Below, in pieces: positions 9,962-19,952 of a stretch of DNA of 64,000 bases (positions are counted from its first letter, which is position 1; the number at the start of each line of letters is the position of its first letter). Source of the DNA: a virus; IMG/VR virus record IMGVR_UViG_3300021962_000044, positions 47,076-111,075 of that record. One strand, written 5' to 3'. The notes beneath the pieces were generated by a model. That model was not told the origin of the DNA, ran no database searches, and saw nothing but the letters and a program-made list of their open reading frames with translations. Made by a program: the position numbers and the translations under genes.

Positions 9962-12238
9962 GTGAATAATTCACCCGAAATCGAAGCAATTATCGAGGAA
10001 GCAATTGGATTTGCTAAACAGCGTAAACATCAATATTGTACTATTGAACATTTGTTATTAGCATTGATAACACACACACCATTTAAGAAATGTTTGGATA
10101 GTTTCGGAAGTGATACCGAAACAATGATTCAAGAGGTTACTGCATACGTTGATAGTCTACATGCTATTGTTGCAAAGGTAGAACCTGAAATTGAAATTCA
10201 ACCACGAAAAACTAATAGTTTAGAACGGGTAATGAATCGTTCAGTAACACAGGTACTATTTACCGGTCGTAGACAAGTTACAACTATTGATTTATACTTA
10301 AGTATATCTAGCGAGGGAAATAGTCATGCACATTATTTCTTATTAAAATATGGTATAAGTAAAAATGATTTTGTACCACATTGGCAACAAACTTACAAAG
10401 GGGCTGAATTCACAGCTAAACTTTCAGAAAATCAAGCTGATGAAATATTGGAAGAATATACAACTAATTTATCCGATCTAGCACGATCAGGTAAATTAGA
10501 GCCACTCATTGGACGTAGTAAAGAACTTGATGATATTGTAAATGTTCTTGCTAAACGTTTTAAAAGTAATGTATTAATGGTGGGTGATCCGGGTGTGGGT
10601 AAAACTGCAATTGCTGAAGGTCTCGCACAAATGATTTCACTAGGTGATTGCCCGGAGTTTATTCTTAACCATGAAGTATATTCACTTGAAGTGGGAGCAT
10701 TACTTGCAGGATCTAAATATCGTGGTGACTTTGAAGAAAAGGTCAAACAAGTACTAGAAGCACTAAACACTAAGAAAAAATCAATTTTATTTATTGACGA
10801 AGCACATACTATGAAGGGCAGTGGTTCAGCTAGCAATGGGTCAATTGACTTTGCTAACATGATTAAGCCTGCAATTACTAAAGGTACATTAAAAGTTATT
10901 GCAAGCACAACTTGGGAAGAATATTACGAATCATTTGAAAAGGATCGTGCATTAATGCGTAGATTCTATCGTGTATCAATAGATGAACCATCACTTGACA
11001 GCACTATTCGTATTCTTAAAGGATTAAGCACACGATTAAATGACTTCCATGAAGTTGATATCAGTGAGGAAGCAGTAACGGCAGCAGTAGAAGCGTCAGC
11101 TAGATATATTCATGACCGCAAGAACCCAGACAAAAGTATTGATTTACTTGATGCGGCTTGCGCTAAACAACGTGTTGCAGGGAATAAGGGAGCAATCATT
11201 ACTAAAGATTTGATCCACGAACAAGTTGAAAAATTCACAGGTGTTCCTGCTGATAAACTTAATGGTGATAACTTTGACCGTATCAATAGCCTTGAAGTTA
11301 ATATCAAAGGTAAATTGTATGGACAGGATGAAACCGTTGAACAAGTATTAGAACGTGTATATGTATCATTTGCTGGAATAGGTAATGAACATAAACCTAC
11401 AGCAAGTTTTATCTTCTTAGGCCCAACTGGCACAGGCAAAACAGAATTAGCCAAGTTGTTAAGTAAAAATCTTGACATGACATTACTCAAGTATGATATG
11501 AGTGAATATAGTGAAAAACACTCAGTATCAAGTTTGATTGGTCCGCCCCCTGGCTATGTTGGCTTTGGAGATAGCCAAGTAGGTGGAGGACGATTAATCA
11601 ATGACTTAAGCAAGAACCCACACAGCATTCTGTTGTTTGACGAAGTAGAGAAAGCTCACCCTGATATCTTTAACATCTTCTTACAAATGTTAGATGAAGG
11701 ACGTATTACTGGAAGCAATGGTAAAGAAGTTAACTGTAAGAATACTATTATTATTATGACAAGTAACTTGGGCAGTAGTGATAGTGAGAAAAACAATATT
11801 GGATTTGGTAATCAGGAAAAAGTAGGTGAAGATGACAAAGCAATTAAAGAATTCTTTAAACCAGAATTTAGAAATCGTGTTGATTTGATTTGTAAGTTTG
11901 GTAAACTTGATACATTAGCTATTAAGAAAATTGTTGTTAAGTTTACAGAAGAATTAAAAAAATCTCTAATAGAGAAACATAACATTAGTTTGAATTTGAG
12001 TGAGCCGGTTGTGGATTATTTAGCTGATAAAGGTTATGACAAAAAGATGGGCGCCCGTCCACTAGGTCGTAAAATTGATGAATTGATTCGTGTACCATTG
12101 AGTAAGAAAGTATTGTTTGAACGTATTAAAAATGCTATGGTAACATGTATTCTAGTAGATGATAAAATTGAATTTAATGTAGTACAGAAATCAATAGCGA
12201 AAGTAGGATCAGATGGCATTATTGAAATCAGTAACTGA
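9962..12238 (+). CDS. clpA: ATP-dependent Clp protease ATP-binding subunit ClpA
   Basis: Clp N-domain (TIEHLLLAL), two AAA+ modules (GDPGVGKT and GPTGTGKT), KYRGDFE pore loop, IGF ClpP-docking loop, GARPL; no ClpB middle domain. Confidence 0.93.
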   Translation: MNNSPEIEAIIEEAIGFAKQRKHQYCTIEHLLLALITHTPFKKCLDSFGSDTETMIQEVTAYVDSLHAIVAKVEPEIEIQPRKTNSLERVMNRSVTQVLFTGRRQVTTIDLYLSISSEGNSHAHYFLLKYGISKNDFVPHWQQTYKGAEFTAKLSENQADEILEEYTTNLSDLARSGKLEPLIGRSKELDDIVNVLAKRFKSNVLMVGDPGVGKTAIAEGLAQMISLGDCPEFILNHEVYSLEVGALLAGSKYRGDFEEKVKQVLEALNTKKKSILFIDEAHTMKGSGSASNGSIDFANMIKPAITKGTLKVIASTTWEEYYESFEKDRALMRRFYRVSIDEPSLDSTIRILKGLSTRLNDFHEVDISEEAVTAAVEASARYIHDRKNPDKSIDLLDAACAKQRVAGNKGAIITKDLIHEQVEKFTGVPADKLNGDNFDRINSLEVNIKGKLYGQDETVEQVLERVYVSFAGIGNEHKPTASFIFLGPTGTGKTELAKLLSKNLDMTLLKYDMSEYSEKHSVSSLIGPPPGYVGFGDSQVGGGRLINDLSKNPHSILLFDEVEKAHPDIFNIFLQMLDEGRITGSNGKEVNCKNTIIIMTSNLGSSDSEKNNIGFGNQEKVGEDDKAIKEFFKPEFRNRVDLICKFGKLDTLAIKKIVVKFTEELKKSLIEKHNISLNLSEPVVDYLADKGYDKKMGARPLGRKIDELIRVPLSKKVLFERIKNAMVTCILVDDKIEFNVVQKSIAKVGSDGIIEISN

Positions 12239-12947
12239 TGTACCGGGTATAGATTATTACGATTACCGAGATAGTGAATATTATAATAAGTTTGCTTATC
12301 GGTTAAGATTTAAAATGCCCAGTATTAGGTATATCATCAATGAGACCAAAGTTGATGGTTTGATGAAAAGGTATAATGCTACTAGTGGTTGGCGAGTTAT
12401 TAGAGAAGAAGATAGACCAATAGTTACTGAAAATCTAGAAGCACTTAAACAGTTAATAGAGTTACGTAATAGTGTTAAAAAGAATGGTACAGCAACAGTT
12501 CGTTTAGAATGGAATCATGCATCTGTTTTTAGCAATGATTTATCTTTTTTGAAAAACATTGAAAACATCAAGCCTGAATTAGAATATGATTATACTCAGG
12601 TACAAACAAACAATTTTGTAGGTGTAAAATCATTTGTTAATGATCCTAAACATAAGTTTAGAGTATATTTGAAATCTAAGATAGTTAAGGGTGATTTAAT
12701 ACAACAACTTGATGATCTGTTAAAACGCACCCCTAGCTTGTATCCATGTAATTCATTAAAAAATTGGTTACTAGGTGCATTACTTACTACAAATCAACAT
12801 ACTTGGAGATACCGTTTTACTAGTCCTACACATTTCATTGATTATGATGATGAAAGTACATTAAGCTATCTAGCAATAATGTATGGAGAATATCTTGGAA
12901 AACGATATAAATTAGAAAAAAGAATAGAAAATTATGGAACCAATTAG
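12213..12947 (+). CDS. Hypothetical protein
   Basis: 244-aa ORF overlapping the end of clpA. Confidence 0.6.
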   Translation: MALLKSVTDVPGIDYYDYRDSEYYNKFAYRLRFKMPSIRYIINETKVDGLMKRYNATSGWRVIREEDRPIVTENLEALKQLIELRNSVKKNGTATVRLEWNHASVFSNDLSFLKNIENIKPELEYDYTQVQTNNFVGVKSFVNDPKHKFRVYLKSKIVKGDLIQQLDDLLKRTPSLYPCNSLKNWLLGALLTTNQHTWRYRFTSPTHFIDYDDESTLSYLAIMYGEYLGKRYKLEKRIENYGTN

Positions 12948-13347
12948 AAAATTTATTAATTTAGTTGAATCTGCACAGAGTGTTGAACAACTAGCACATA
13001 TAAGCGATAAAGCATTAGATGATGCTTATCATTATGGTCGTAGCACACCCGGAGCAAACTTTGGTTGGTTAGCTAATATTGAAAGTGCAAAAGCCGCTAA
13101 AAGATTGATTGATGCCGGTGAAACTGATATTGAAAAGATTAGTGATGCTATTCATGACGGCTGGAATATCACCGCAATGGCAGATTATAATAATAAATTA
13201 CAATTAGATAGTCCTACTCCTGATGAAAAGAAGGCTAAAAGAGCTAAATTAGCACAACAATCTTATAGTCAGTTGCCGGAAGAAGAAAAAGAAAAAGATC
13301 GGGTAGTTGCTAGGGCTTTATTAAACGCAATTACAGGTACTGCATAA
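12934..13347 (+). CDS. RyR-domain-like protein with putative capsid-targeting leader
   Basis: IHDGW...YSQLPEEEKEKDR matches the RyR-repeat signature; N-terminus MEPIRKFINLVE|S. Confidence 0.6.
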   Translation: MEPIRKFINLVESAQSVEQLAHISDKALDDAYHYGRSTPGANFGWLANIESAKAAKRLIDAGETDIEKISDAIHDGWNITAMADYNNKLQLDSPTPDEKKAKRAKLAQQSYSQLPEEEKEKDRVVARALLNAITGTA

Positions 13348-13383
13348 AAGTGATAAATACTCTAATAAAATGGAGTATTTACC

Positions 13384-13548
13384 ATGGCAAAGATTGTAAC
13401 AGAATCAATCGTAATCACTTTTAGTAAAATAGTAAAAGACAACGATTCGGGTACTAGTATCACTAGTCCTGACATCCAAGCGGCTTTAGAGCAAGTAGCC
13501 CAAGAATTAATTGGCGATAGTGTAGTTGTTGAGGTTGTAAAAGCATAA
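13384..13548 (+). CDS. Small hypothetical protein (54 aa, not in ORF track)
   Basis: MAKIVTESIVITFSKIVKD...VVEVVKA; GGAG SD, ATAAATA at 13353, TAATG overlap with the next gene. Confidence 0.65.
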   Translation: MAKIVTESIVITFSKIVKDNDSGTSITSPDIQAALEQVAQELIGDSVVVEVVKA

Positions 13549-13934
13549 TGAGCCAAACAACTACTCTTATACTATTGCCACAAACAGCATATGTTAATCC
13601 AGGCAATGGAGCACCATACACTGTTACTGGTAATAGCCAACCCGGCGCATCATACATTATCAGTCCTAGATCATTGCAAACAGTTAATATTAACTTGACA
13701 AATTGTACTGGTAATATTACTATTGAAGCTAGTTTAGCTACTACTCCTAGTAGTACAGATTGGTTTAAAGTATATGAATTAGAAGCTAACGCAAATGCCG
13801 CTAGTAATAGCGCACCACAAATAGCTAGCAATGCATCAGTTTACACAAATATTAATGGTAACTTTGTTTATATGAGAGCAAAGGTTGTAGATTTTCAAGG
13901 TGGATTGGTTAATTTTGTTAAGTTAAGTTATTGA
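13548..13934 (+). CDS. Putative virion structural beta-sandwich protein
   Basis: N/T/S-rich beta pattern (GNITIEASL...DWF...NGNFVYMRA). Confidence 0.55.
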   Translation: MSQTTTLILLPQTAYVNPGNGAPYTVTGNSQPGASYIISPRSLQTVNINLTNCTGNITIEASLATTPSSTDWFKVYELEANANAASNSAPQIASNASVYTNINGNFVYMRAKVVDFQGGLVNFVKLSY

Positions 13935-13935
13935 T

Positions 13936-15825
13936 ATGAGAAATATTGTCATTATGCCGGGAGGCTTTCATCCCTTTCATGCAGGTCATGCCGCATTATA
14001 TCAAAGTGCAGTAAAAGCATTTAATGATGCTGACGTATATGTAGCCGCAACAAATGACACAAAAACAAGACCTTTTCCTTTTTCTGTTAAAGAGAAGTTA
14101 GCAAAGCTTGCAGGTGTTGCAGATAAACACTTTGTACAAGTTAAAAGTCCCTTTCAACCAAAAGAAATAACCGATCACTATAATCCGGAAGAAGATGTAT
14201 TAATCTTTGTTCGTAGTGAAAAAGATAGAAATGAAAGTCCTAAGCCGGGTGGTACAAAGAAAGATGGTACTCCAGCATATTTTCAACCCTGGACAGGTAA
14301 GAATCTACAACCATTTGGTAAACAAGCATATATTGCTTATCTACCTACAGTAGAGTTTGGTCCAGGAATTAGTAGTGCAACAGAGATACGTAATGCATGG
14401 CCTAACTTAGATGACCGTCGTAAAACAGCAATGGTTATGAGTTTGTACCCGGTAACTCAAAAGAATCCTAAGCTTGCCGCTAATGTTGTTAAGATGTTAG
14501 ATATGGGTATGGGTAATGAGTTAGATGAGGGTATGGGTAAAGCATTGGGTACAGCCGCGTTAGCAGGTAGCCTAGCATTAGGTGGTTTATCTAGTATGGG
14601 TAAAACAGCAGTTACTAACTGGGATAAATTACCACAACAAATGAGTACTCAACAAGATAGTAAAGGTGGTGAAAAGATTATGTCTGTAACTGGTCCTAAC
14701 AATAAAGGTGAGTATCGTGTTAGAGTTACTACAGATAATGATGTACAAGAGTTTGTTACTAAAACTCCACCAAAGGCATTAAATGAATTTGCCCCACCGA
14801 GTAGTGACCGAGGTGACGGCGGAGATAGTAGAAGTCGTAGAATAAGAAAACTATTAGAAATTGCTATACAAGTAGCAAAAGAAAAAAATATCGATGAATT
14901 GGGTATGATTCATGGTATGAATATGATAGCAGGTGATGAATTTTTCAATACAGCAGTTGAAGGTATACTACCAGACATAACAGATAAAGAATATATGTTT
15001 GTGCTACAGAGTGCTTATAAAACAGTAAAGCAAGGTTTGGCAGAAGCAAAGAAAAAAAGAAAAAAGAAAAGTAAAAACCGTAGTCTTGGAAGATACTTCT
15101 TCCCGGGATATAGTTACTATGGCGGCGGTGGAGAATCTGGTGAGGGTGGAGGAGATGGTGGAAGTGAAGGTATGGCGGAAGGCTTCCCTCAACCAGGACC
15201 AAGTTCAGGTGCTCCAAAACAGTTCGGTGCTGATGCCCAAATACAAACTCGCCAAATGACGGTAAAAGATATTATATCATCTATACCCGGTGTGCCTTAC
15301 TATAACAATGTAGTCGATGATTGGGACGCTAAAGATTATAGTTGGGGCGTTACTAAAAAAGTTATAGAGTATGCTACTTACTTGAAGGATCATCCAGAAA
15401 GTTTAGCAAAGTTGCCACCGGCAATAGTATTAAACGGTAAGTTTGAAGATGGCGCCCATAGAGTATCTGCCATATGGTTGCTACAACAAAGAATGGATCC
15501 TAAAAATCCATTGTGGAAAAATGTTAAATTAAATGTTCAATTTGTTAAGCAAGGTATGACGGAAGGCGAAGAAATTACTGAAGGACCTTTTGTTCAACGT
15601 CTTGGACGTCCTAATAAAGTTAATATCTATGTGAGACATACTACAGGCAAACCCTCTTTGCTTATTGCAACTGATATTCCTTATTCAATATATGATAAGT
15701 TTATTGCAAAGGCTATGCAAAAATATCCACAATTTAGGCAAACAGACTTTTCATTTAAATCTGCTGATAAACTTAAGGAAGAAACTAAATTGTCCGAAAG
15801 TGCTGATTACTTAGACGAAAATTAA
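13936..15825 (+). CDS. Modular polyprotein: HxGH cytidylyltransferase-like domain + ParB/Srx-like module + unknown modules
   Basis: PGGFHPFHAGH and ISSATEIR; LPPAIVLNGKFEDGAHR (ParB-N); module joints ELDE|G, ALNE|F, GLAE|A, GMAE|G, GMTE|G. Confidence 0.7.
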   Translation: MRNIVIMPGGFHPFHAGHAALYQSAVKAFNDADVYVAATNDTKTRPFPFSVKEKLAKLAGVADKHFVQVKSPFQPKEITDHYNPEEDVLIFVRSEKDRNESPKPGGTKKDGTPAYFQPWTGKNLQPFGKQAYIAYLPTVEFGPGISSATEIRNAWPNLDDRRKTAMVMSLYPVTQKNPKLAANVVKMLDMGMGNELDEGMGKALGTAALAGSLALGGLSSMGKTAVTNWDKLPQQMSTQQDSKGGEKIMSVTGPNNKGEYRVRVTTDNDVQEFVTKTPPKALNEFAPPSSDRGDGGDSRSRRIRKLLEIAIQVAKEKNIDELGMIHGMNMIAGDEFFNTAVEGILPDITDKEYMFVLQSAYKTVKQGLAEAKKKRKKKSKNRSLGRYFFPGYSYYGGGGESGEGGGDGGSEGMAEGFPQPGPSSGAPKQFGADAQIQTRQMTVKDIISSIPGVPYYNNVVDDWDAKDYSWGVTKKVIEYATYLKDHPESLAKLPPAIVLNGKFEDGAHRVSAIWLLQQRMDPKNPLWKNVKLNVQFVKQGMTEGEEITEGPFVQRLGRPNKVNIYVRHTTGKPSLLIATDIPYSIYDKFIAKAMQKYPQFRQTDFSFKSADKLKEETKLSESADYLDEN

Positions 15826-15882
15826 AAATATTTTGACCCCCTTGTTTTGATGTAAATATTACTATCTTAACAAGAGGATCAA

Positions 15883-16872
15883 ATGGCAACTAAGAAAACA
15901 ATCGAAAAGGTTACTGCTAAACCAGCAAAAGCCGCAACTAAAACTCCAGCAAAAGCACCGGTTAAAGCACCCGCTAAAGCTTCTAAAACAGCTAAAACAG
16001 TTCCTGTAGAAAAACTACAAGAAATTGCTGATCAGGCTGCTAAAGAACCAGCTCAGGCAGCGGGCCCGGGTCAAGTTCAAGTTAACGTAGATTTTCTACG
16101 TACAACTAAAGTACATATTGCTATGCCATGTTATGGTGGTATGCTAACAGAATCAACATTCATGTCATTCATCAAGTGGGCAAATACAGCTCGTCAACTT
16201 GGTATTGATTGGACATTAGAAACAATGGTTAATGAATCACTCATTAGCCGAGCAAGAAATACATTAACTGCTAAGTTTTTGGATATGCCAGACGCAACAC
16301 ATTTATTCTTTGTTGATGCTGACATTGGTTGGGAGCCATGGCATCTACTAGTTCTACTGAACCGTGACGTTGATGTTATCGGTGGACTATATCCAATGAA
16401 GACAATGCCAATTAAATGGGTTGTTAATGGATTTGAAGGTGCTGAAGAAGGTACTGATGGATTACAAGAAGTATCTAAAGCAGGTACAGGTTTCTTGTTG
16501 ATGAAGAAACATGTGTTTGAAAAGATGAAGACTCATCCTGCAGTTAAACAGTATAAGAACGACATTGGATTAGATCCAAAGTTTGACCAGCACTTAAAAA
16601 CGTATTTTGATACAGCGGTTCGTCAGAATCGTTACTATAGTGAAGATTGGACATTCTGTGAAAACTGGCGTGATATGGGCGGCCGCATCTGGGTTGACAA
16701 ACGTGTATTGTTACGTCACTCAGGTAGTTATGTATTCTGTATGGAAAATCAGGAACATTTGATGAAAACGATCGGCCCTATGTATGTTGAAGAACAGGCT
16801 AAAAAGGCACAACCGGCAGCTCCGGCAGTTCTCCCGGATGCAACTGGTGTAGTATCAATAGCTACAACTTAA
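15883..16872 (+). CDS. GT-A-fold glycosyltransferase-like protein with Ala/Lys/Pro-rich N-terminus
   Basis: SLISRARN, HLFFVDADIGW (DxD), AGTGFLL, SEDWTFC, L.HSG. Confidence 0.7.
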   Translation: MATKKTIEKVTAKPAKAATKTPAKAPVKAPAKASKTAKTVPVEKLQEIADQAAKEPAQAAGPGQVQVNVDFLRTTKVHIAMPCYGGMLTESTFMSFIKWANTARQLGIDWTLETMVNESLISRARNTLTAKFLDMPDATHLFFVDADIGWEPWHLLVLLNRDVDVIGGLYPMKTMPIKWVVNGFEGAEEGTDGLQEVSKAGTGFLLMKKHVFEKMKTHPAVKQYKNDIGLDPKFDQHLKTYFDTAVRQNRYYSEDWTFCENWRDMGGRIWVDKRVLLRHSGSYVFCMENQEHLMKTIGPMYVEEQAKKAQPAAPAVLPDATGVVSIATT

Positions 16873-16875
16873 TAC

Positions 16876-16900
16876 AAAGCCCCGAAAGGGGCTTTTATCT
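16876..16900 (+). terminator. Rho-independent terminator
   Basis: AAAGCCCC-GAAA-GGGGCTTT plus T-rich tail. Confidence 0.85.
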
Positions 16901-16917
16901 TTTTAGATAAATACTCT

Positions 16918-18612
16918 ATGGACTTAAAAGAATTACATTCATTCAAAATGTCAGATGCTGTGACATTTCACGATAGCCTCAATCCTAAACTGTTTCGTGG
17001 ACAACATCTACAACCTGAAGTAGAATTACAATTAAAAACCATAGCACAAGACTTTTTACAAGAGATAGGTATACACGACTTAGATGTACGTGATATCACT
17101 ATTTCTGGAAGTAATGCCGCCTATAGTTACACAGACCATAGTGATTTAGATTTACATATTTTAGTCAATATGAAGGATTTACCGGATGATGACATTTACC
17201 ATGAATTCTTCAAAGCTAAAAAAGATTTATACAATGACTCACATGATATTACTATCAACGGGATTCCAGTAGAATTATACATACAAGATGCGGCAGAACC
17301 TGTAACTAGTTTAGGTGAATATAGTGTTAAAGATAATAAATGGTTGCGAATGCCCGCAAAGCGTAGAGCAAACTTTGACCAAACAGCTACTAAGTCAAAA
17401 TATATAAAACTATTAGATATTATTGATACAACATTACAATCTGATAAAATAAGTAAAGTTAATAAAGTATTGAAAAAGATTAAACAATATCGTCAAGCTG
17501 GATTAGATAAAGGTGGTGAGTTTAGCCCTGAAAATCTAGCATATAAAGCATTACGTAGCCGTGGTTACATTACAAAGTTATATGACTTAAGAGACAGATT
17601 ACATAGTAAGCATTTGAGTTTAAATAACATGTATGCTAATGTAGATGAAGATTATGATCCAAATGGTATTCCTCCTGGACCAGAATTTAAGCCAACCATG
17701 CCAGCCGGTACTGTTAAAGTAGATGTAAGTGATACATATGATTGGTATAAGTTGGGACAACATATCAGTAATCTTGATGGATTGGGTAAACATGACTTTG
17801 GGCAAGGTCCTCCAAGTACTATAATGGCATTTGGTAGTGAAGAGGCAGAACATAAGTATATTGATGCACTAAAGAAAACTGGTCTTACCACAACTGATAT
17901 TGATCCGTTAGATCCTAATCAACCTAAAGGTATGAAGCGTCAAAAGACTGACCCTACATATAATGTAAATGAAGCTGTTACTGATAATTATCTATATCAC
18001 GCTACTATGCCTGCAGGCATGATGCGTATATTGCGTACAGGTATAATTAAAGCAACTGATAGACCGCAACCATCTACTAAATCAAAAACACAATACCCTA
18101 CAATTAGTACAACTAGATCAAAACAATATGCAGAATCAAACGATTTTGTAGATTTCTTAAACTTAACCAACGACGGTAATGCAGTCATATTAGTATTTGA
18201 TCGTGCCGCAGTCGCTAATCATTACAAAATGTTTAGTACAAGTCAAGGTACACAGACAGTAGGTGACGAATATGAAGAAGTAATTGTTGCCCCCAAAGGA
18301 GCAATGCCGATCAAAGGAACCTTAAAGGGCTTCTATTTCAACCCTAGAAGCACAGAAGAAATAGAAGGATATAAAGATATACCTTGGTTCAACGAGTTAT
18401 TGACCAGTCCATATTATATAGGACCAAAACAAGGTGTGGCGGAAGCATCAGGTTATATCCCTAGTGAAAAACAGAAGAATGACCCAAGATTTAGTACAGC
18501 ATTAACAGTAGATATTAAGCCCGACAGTATCAAAAAGAACGCAAAAGCATTCTATTGGAATACTAGTAGAGCAGGTATTCCTCCAACAGCAAAGCCATCA
18601 GGCAAAATCTAA
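16918..18612 (+). CDS. Modular polyprotein: Pol-beta-family nucleotidyltransferase + ADP-ribosyltransferase-like module
   Basis: GSNAAYSYTDHSDLDLH and VELYIQD (NTase); YLYHAT...ISTTRS...EYEEVI (ART-fold pattern); joints NVDE|D, NVNE|A, GVAE|A. Confidence 0.7.
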   Translation: MDLKELHSFKMSDAVTFHDSLNPKLFRGQHLQPEVELQLKTIAQDFLQEIGIHDLDVRDITISGSNAAYSYTDHSDLDLHILVNMKDLPDDDIYHEFFKAKKDLYNDSHDITINGIPVELYIQDAAEPVTSLGEYSVKDNKWLRMPAKRRANFDQTATKSKYIKLLDIIDTTLQSDKISKVNKVLKKIKQYRQAGLDKGGEFSPENLAYKALRSRGYITKLYDLRDRLHSKHLSLNNMYANVDEDYDPNGIPPGPEFKPTMPAGTVKVDVSDTYDWYKLGQHISNLDGLGKHDFGQGPPSTIMAFGSEEAEHKYIDALKKTGLTTTDIDPLDPNQPKGMKRQKTDPTYNVNEAVTDNYLYHATMPAGMMRILRTGIIKATDRPQPSTKSKTQYPTISTTRSKQYAESNDFVDFLNLTNDGNAVILVFDRAAVANHYKMFSTSQGTQTVGDEYEEVIVAPKGAMPIKGTLKGFYFNPRSTEEIEGYKDIPWFNELLTSPYYIGPKQGVAEASGYIPSEKQKNDPRFSTALTVDIKPDSIKKNAKAFYWNTSRAGIPPTAKPSGKI

Positions 18613-18667
18613 TAAGTTTCCATATTATGGTATTTTGATAAATACACTATTAGTATGGAAATCCGTT

Positions 18668-19951
18668 ATGAAAATCAAACAAATCACTGAAACTACAACA
18701 GCAGGTGCAATAGCTACTGTAAATTCACCATTAGGTGGCACACAAAGTAGAGGAAATCCTAGCATATATGGTGGCAAGAAAGTAGGAACTCTATTCAAGG
18801 GTAAAAAGACTAAAGCCCCATATGCTAATAGCATCAATGAAAGTGCTGAACTTAGTGAAGCACATTTAGAAGAAGATGATGTTATTGTTGTTCCAGGACA
18901 GGGTCGTAGTCGTAAAAACGGATTTGTTCCACATGGCCAAAGTCGTGTAGACCACGAAGTTGAAATGGCACGTAGTGATTTATTCAGTGCCGCAAAGAAT
19001 GCTCAACAAGTCTTTTCAATGATTAAAGATGTTAGTGAAGATGAAGGTCTTGACGGTTGGGTACAAGAAAAGATTATTAAAGCCAATGATTATCTAAACA
19101 CTATACGTGAATACCTAGAAGGTAAGCAAGTTCAAGGTGTAACGGAAAACAATCAAAGAGTTGATTCACTTGTCACAGACTCATTAAAAATAATGCGTGG
19201 TCCAGAAGTAAATGATGCAGTCAAAGCAATAAAGACTGTGCTAGGAGAAAGAGAATACAATAGCCGTCGCGGTTATTATAGTTTCTATGTTCGACAACTA
19301 ATGGATATGCATGGTCAAGAAGGTTTAACGGAAGGCTTACACCCAATGATTATTGATGATGTTAAAAAATTAGCAACGTTGAGTCCTACTGACAGATATA
19401 GTGCTTATTCTAATATTCGTGGTTACTTCAAGGCCGACCCAGCGTTGAGCAAGATGGCGTCAGATTTAATGGGAGGATACTACGAAGCAGACATGCTTAG
19501 AGGCAAGTATAAAACAGCCGAAGCAAAAGCCAAGTATGCTGAATTAGAACCAATGCATCAGGCATTTATTAAACAATCACTAGGTCAAGAGCAAGGTGTA
19601 ACGGAAGGCTCCAGAAACGCATATTTGAAGCACAACAATTTAATTGATTTAGAAAAACCACTTGCCGGATTAAAGGACGAGTTTAATAAGTTTTTGCGAA
19701 CCCACGATCCTGAAGAAAAACAAAAATTCCAACAAGGTATCAAACAAAGAATAAAGACACGCCCAATGGCGGGACCTAAAGGCGTATTACCAGAGCAAGG
19801 TATATCAGAAGGCGCTAAAGTTGACCGTATGGTTAAGCACATTGAAAAGTCAGAAGAAAAATCTGGCAAGAGTAAAAAAGAAGCTGAAAACATTGCTTGG
19901 GCAACTGCTAACAAACGTGGCATGTTAAATAACAAGAATAAGAAAGCGTAA
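18668..19951 (+). CDS. Modular polyprotein (putative internal head protein) with C-terminal ChaB-like motif
   Basis: Start MKIKQITE at 18668 after ATAAATA (18638); joints QGVTE, EGLTE, QGVTE, QGISE; C-terminal AENIAWATANK. Confidence 0.65.
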   Translation: MKIKQITETTTAGAIATVNSPLGGTQSRGNPSIYGGKKVGTLFKGKKTKAPYANSINESAELSEAHLEEDDVIVVPGQGRSRKNGFVPHGQSRVDHEVEMARSDLFSAAKNAQQVFSMIKDVSEDEGLDGWVQEKIIKANDYLNTIREYLEGKQVQGVTENNQRVDSLVTDSLKIMRGPEVNDAVKAIKTVLGEREYNSRRGYYSFYVRQLMDMHGQEGLTEGLHPMIIDDVKKLATLSPTDRYSAYSNIRGYFKADPALSKMASDLMGGYYEADMLRGKYKTAEAKAKYAELEPMHQAFIKQSLGQEQGVTEGSRNAYLKHNNLIDLEKPLAGLKDEFNKFLRTHDPEEKQKFQQGIKQRIKTRPMAGPKGVLPEQGISEGAKVDRMVKHIEKSEEKSGKSKKEAENIAWATANKRGMLNNKNKKA

Positions 19952-19952
19952 T

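Noticed and set aside
19133-19813. Joint repeats read as a CRISPR array
   Set aside because: The repeats are degenerate 18-mers with 170-255 bp in-frame coding spacers inside one ORF.
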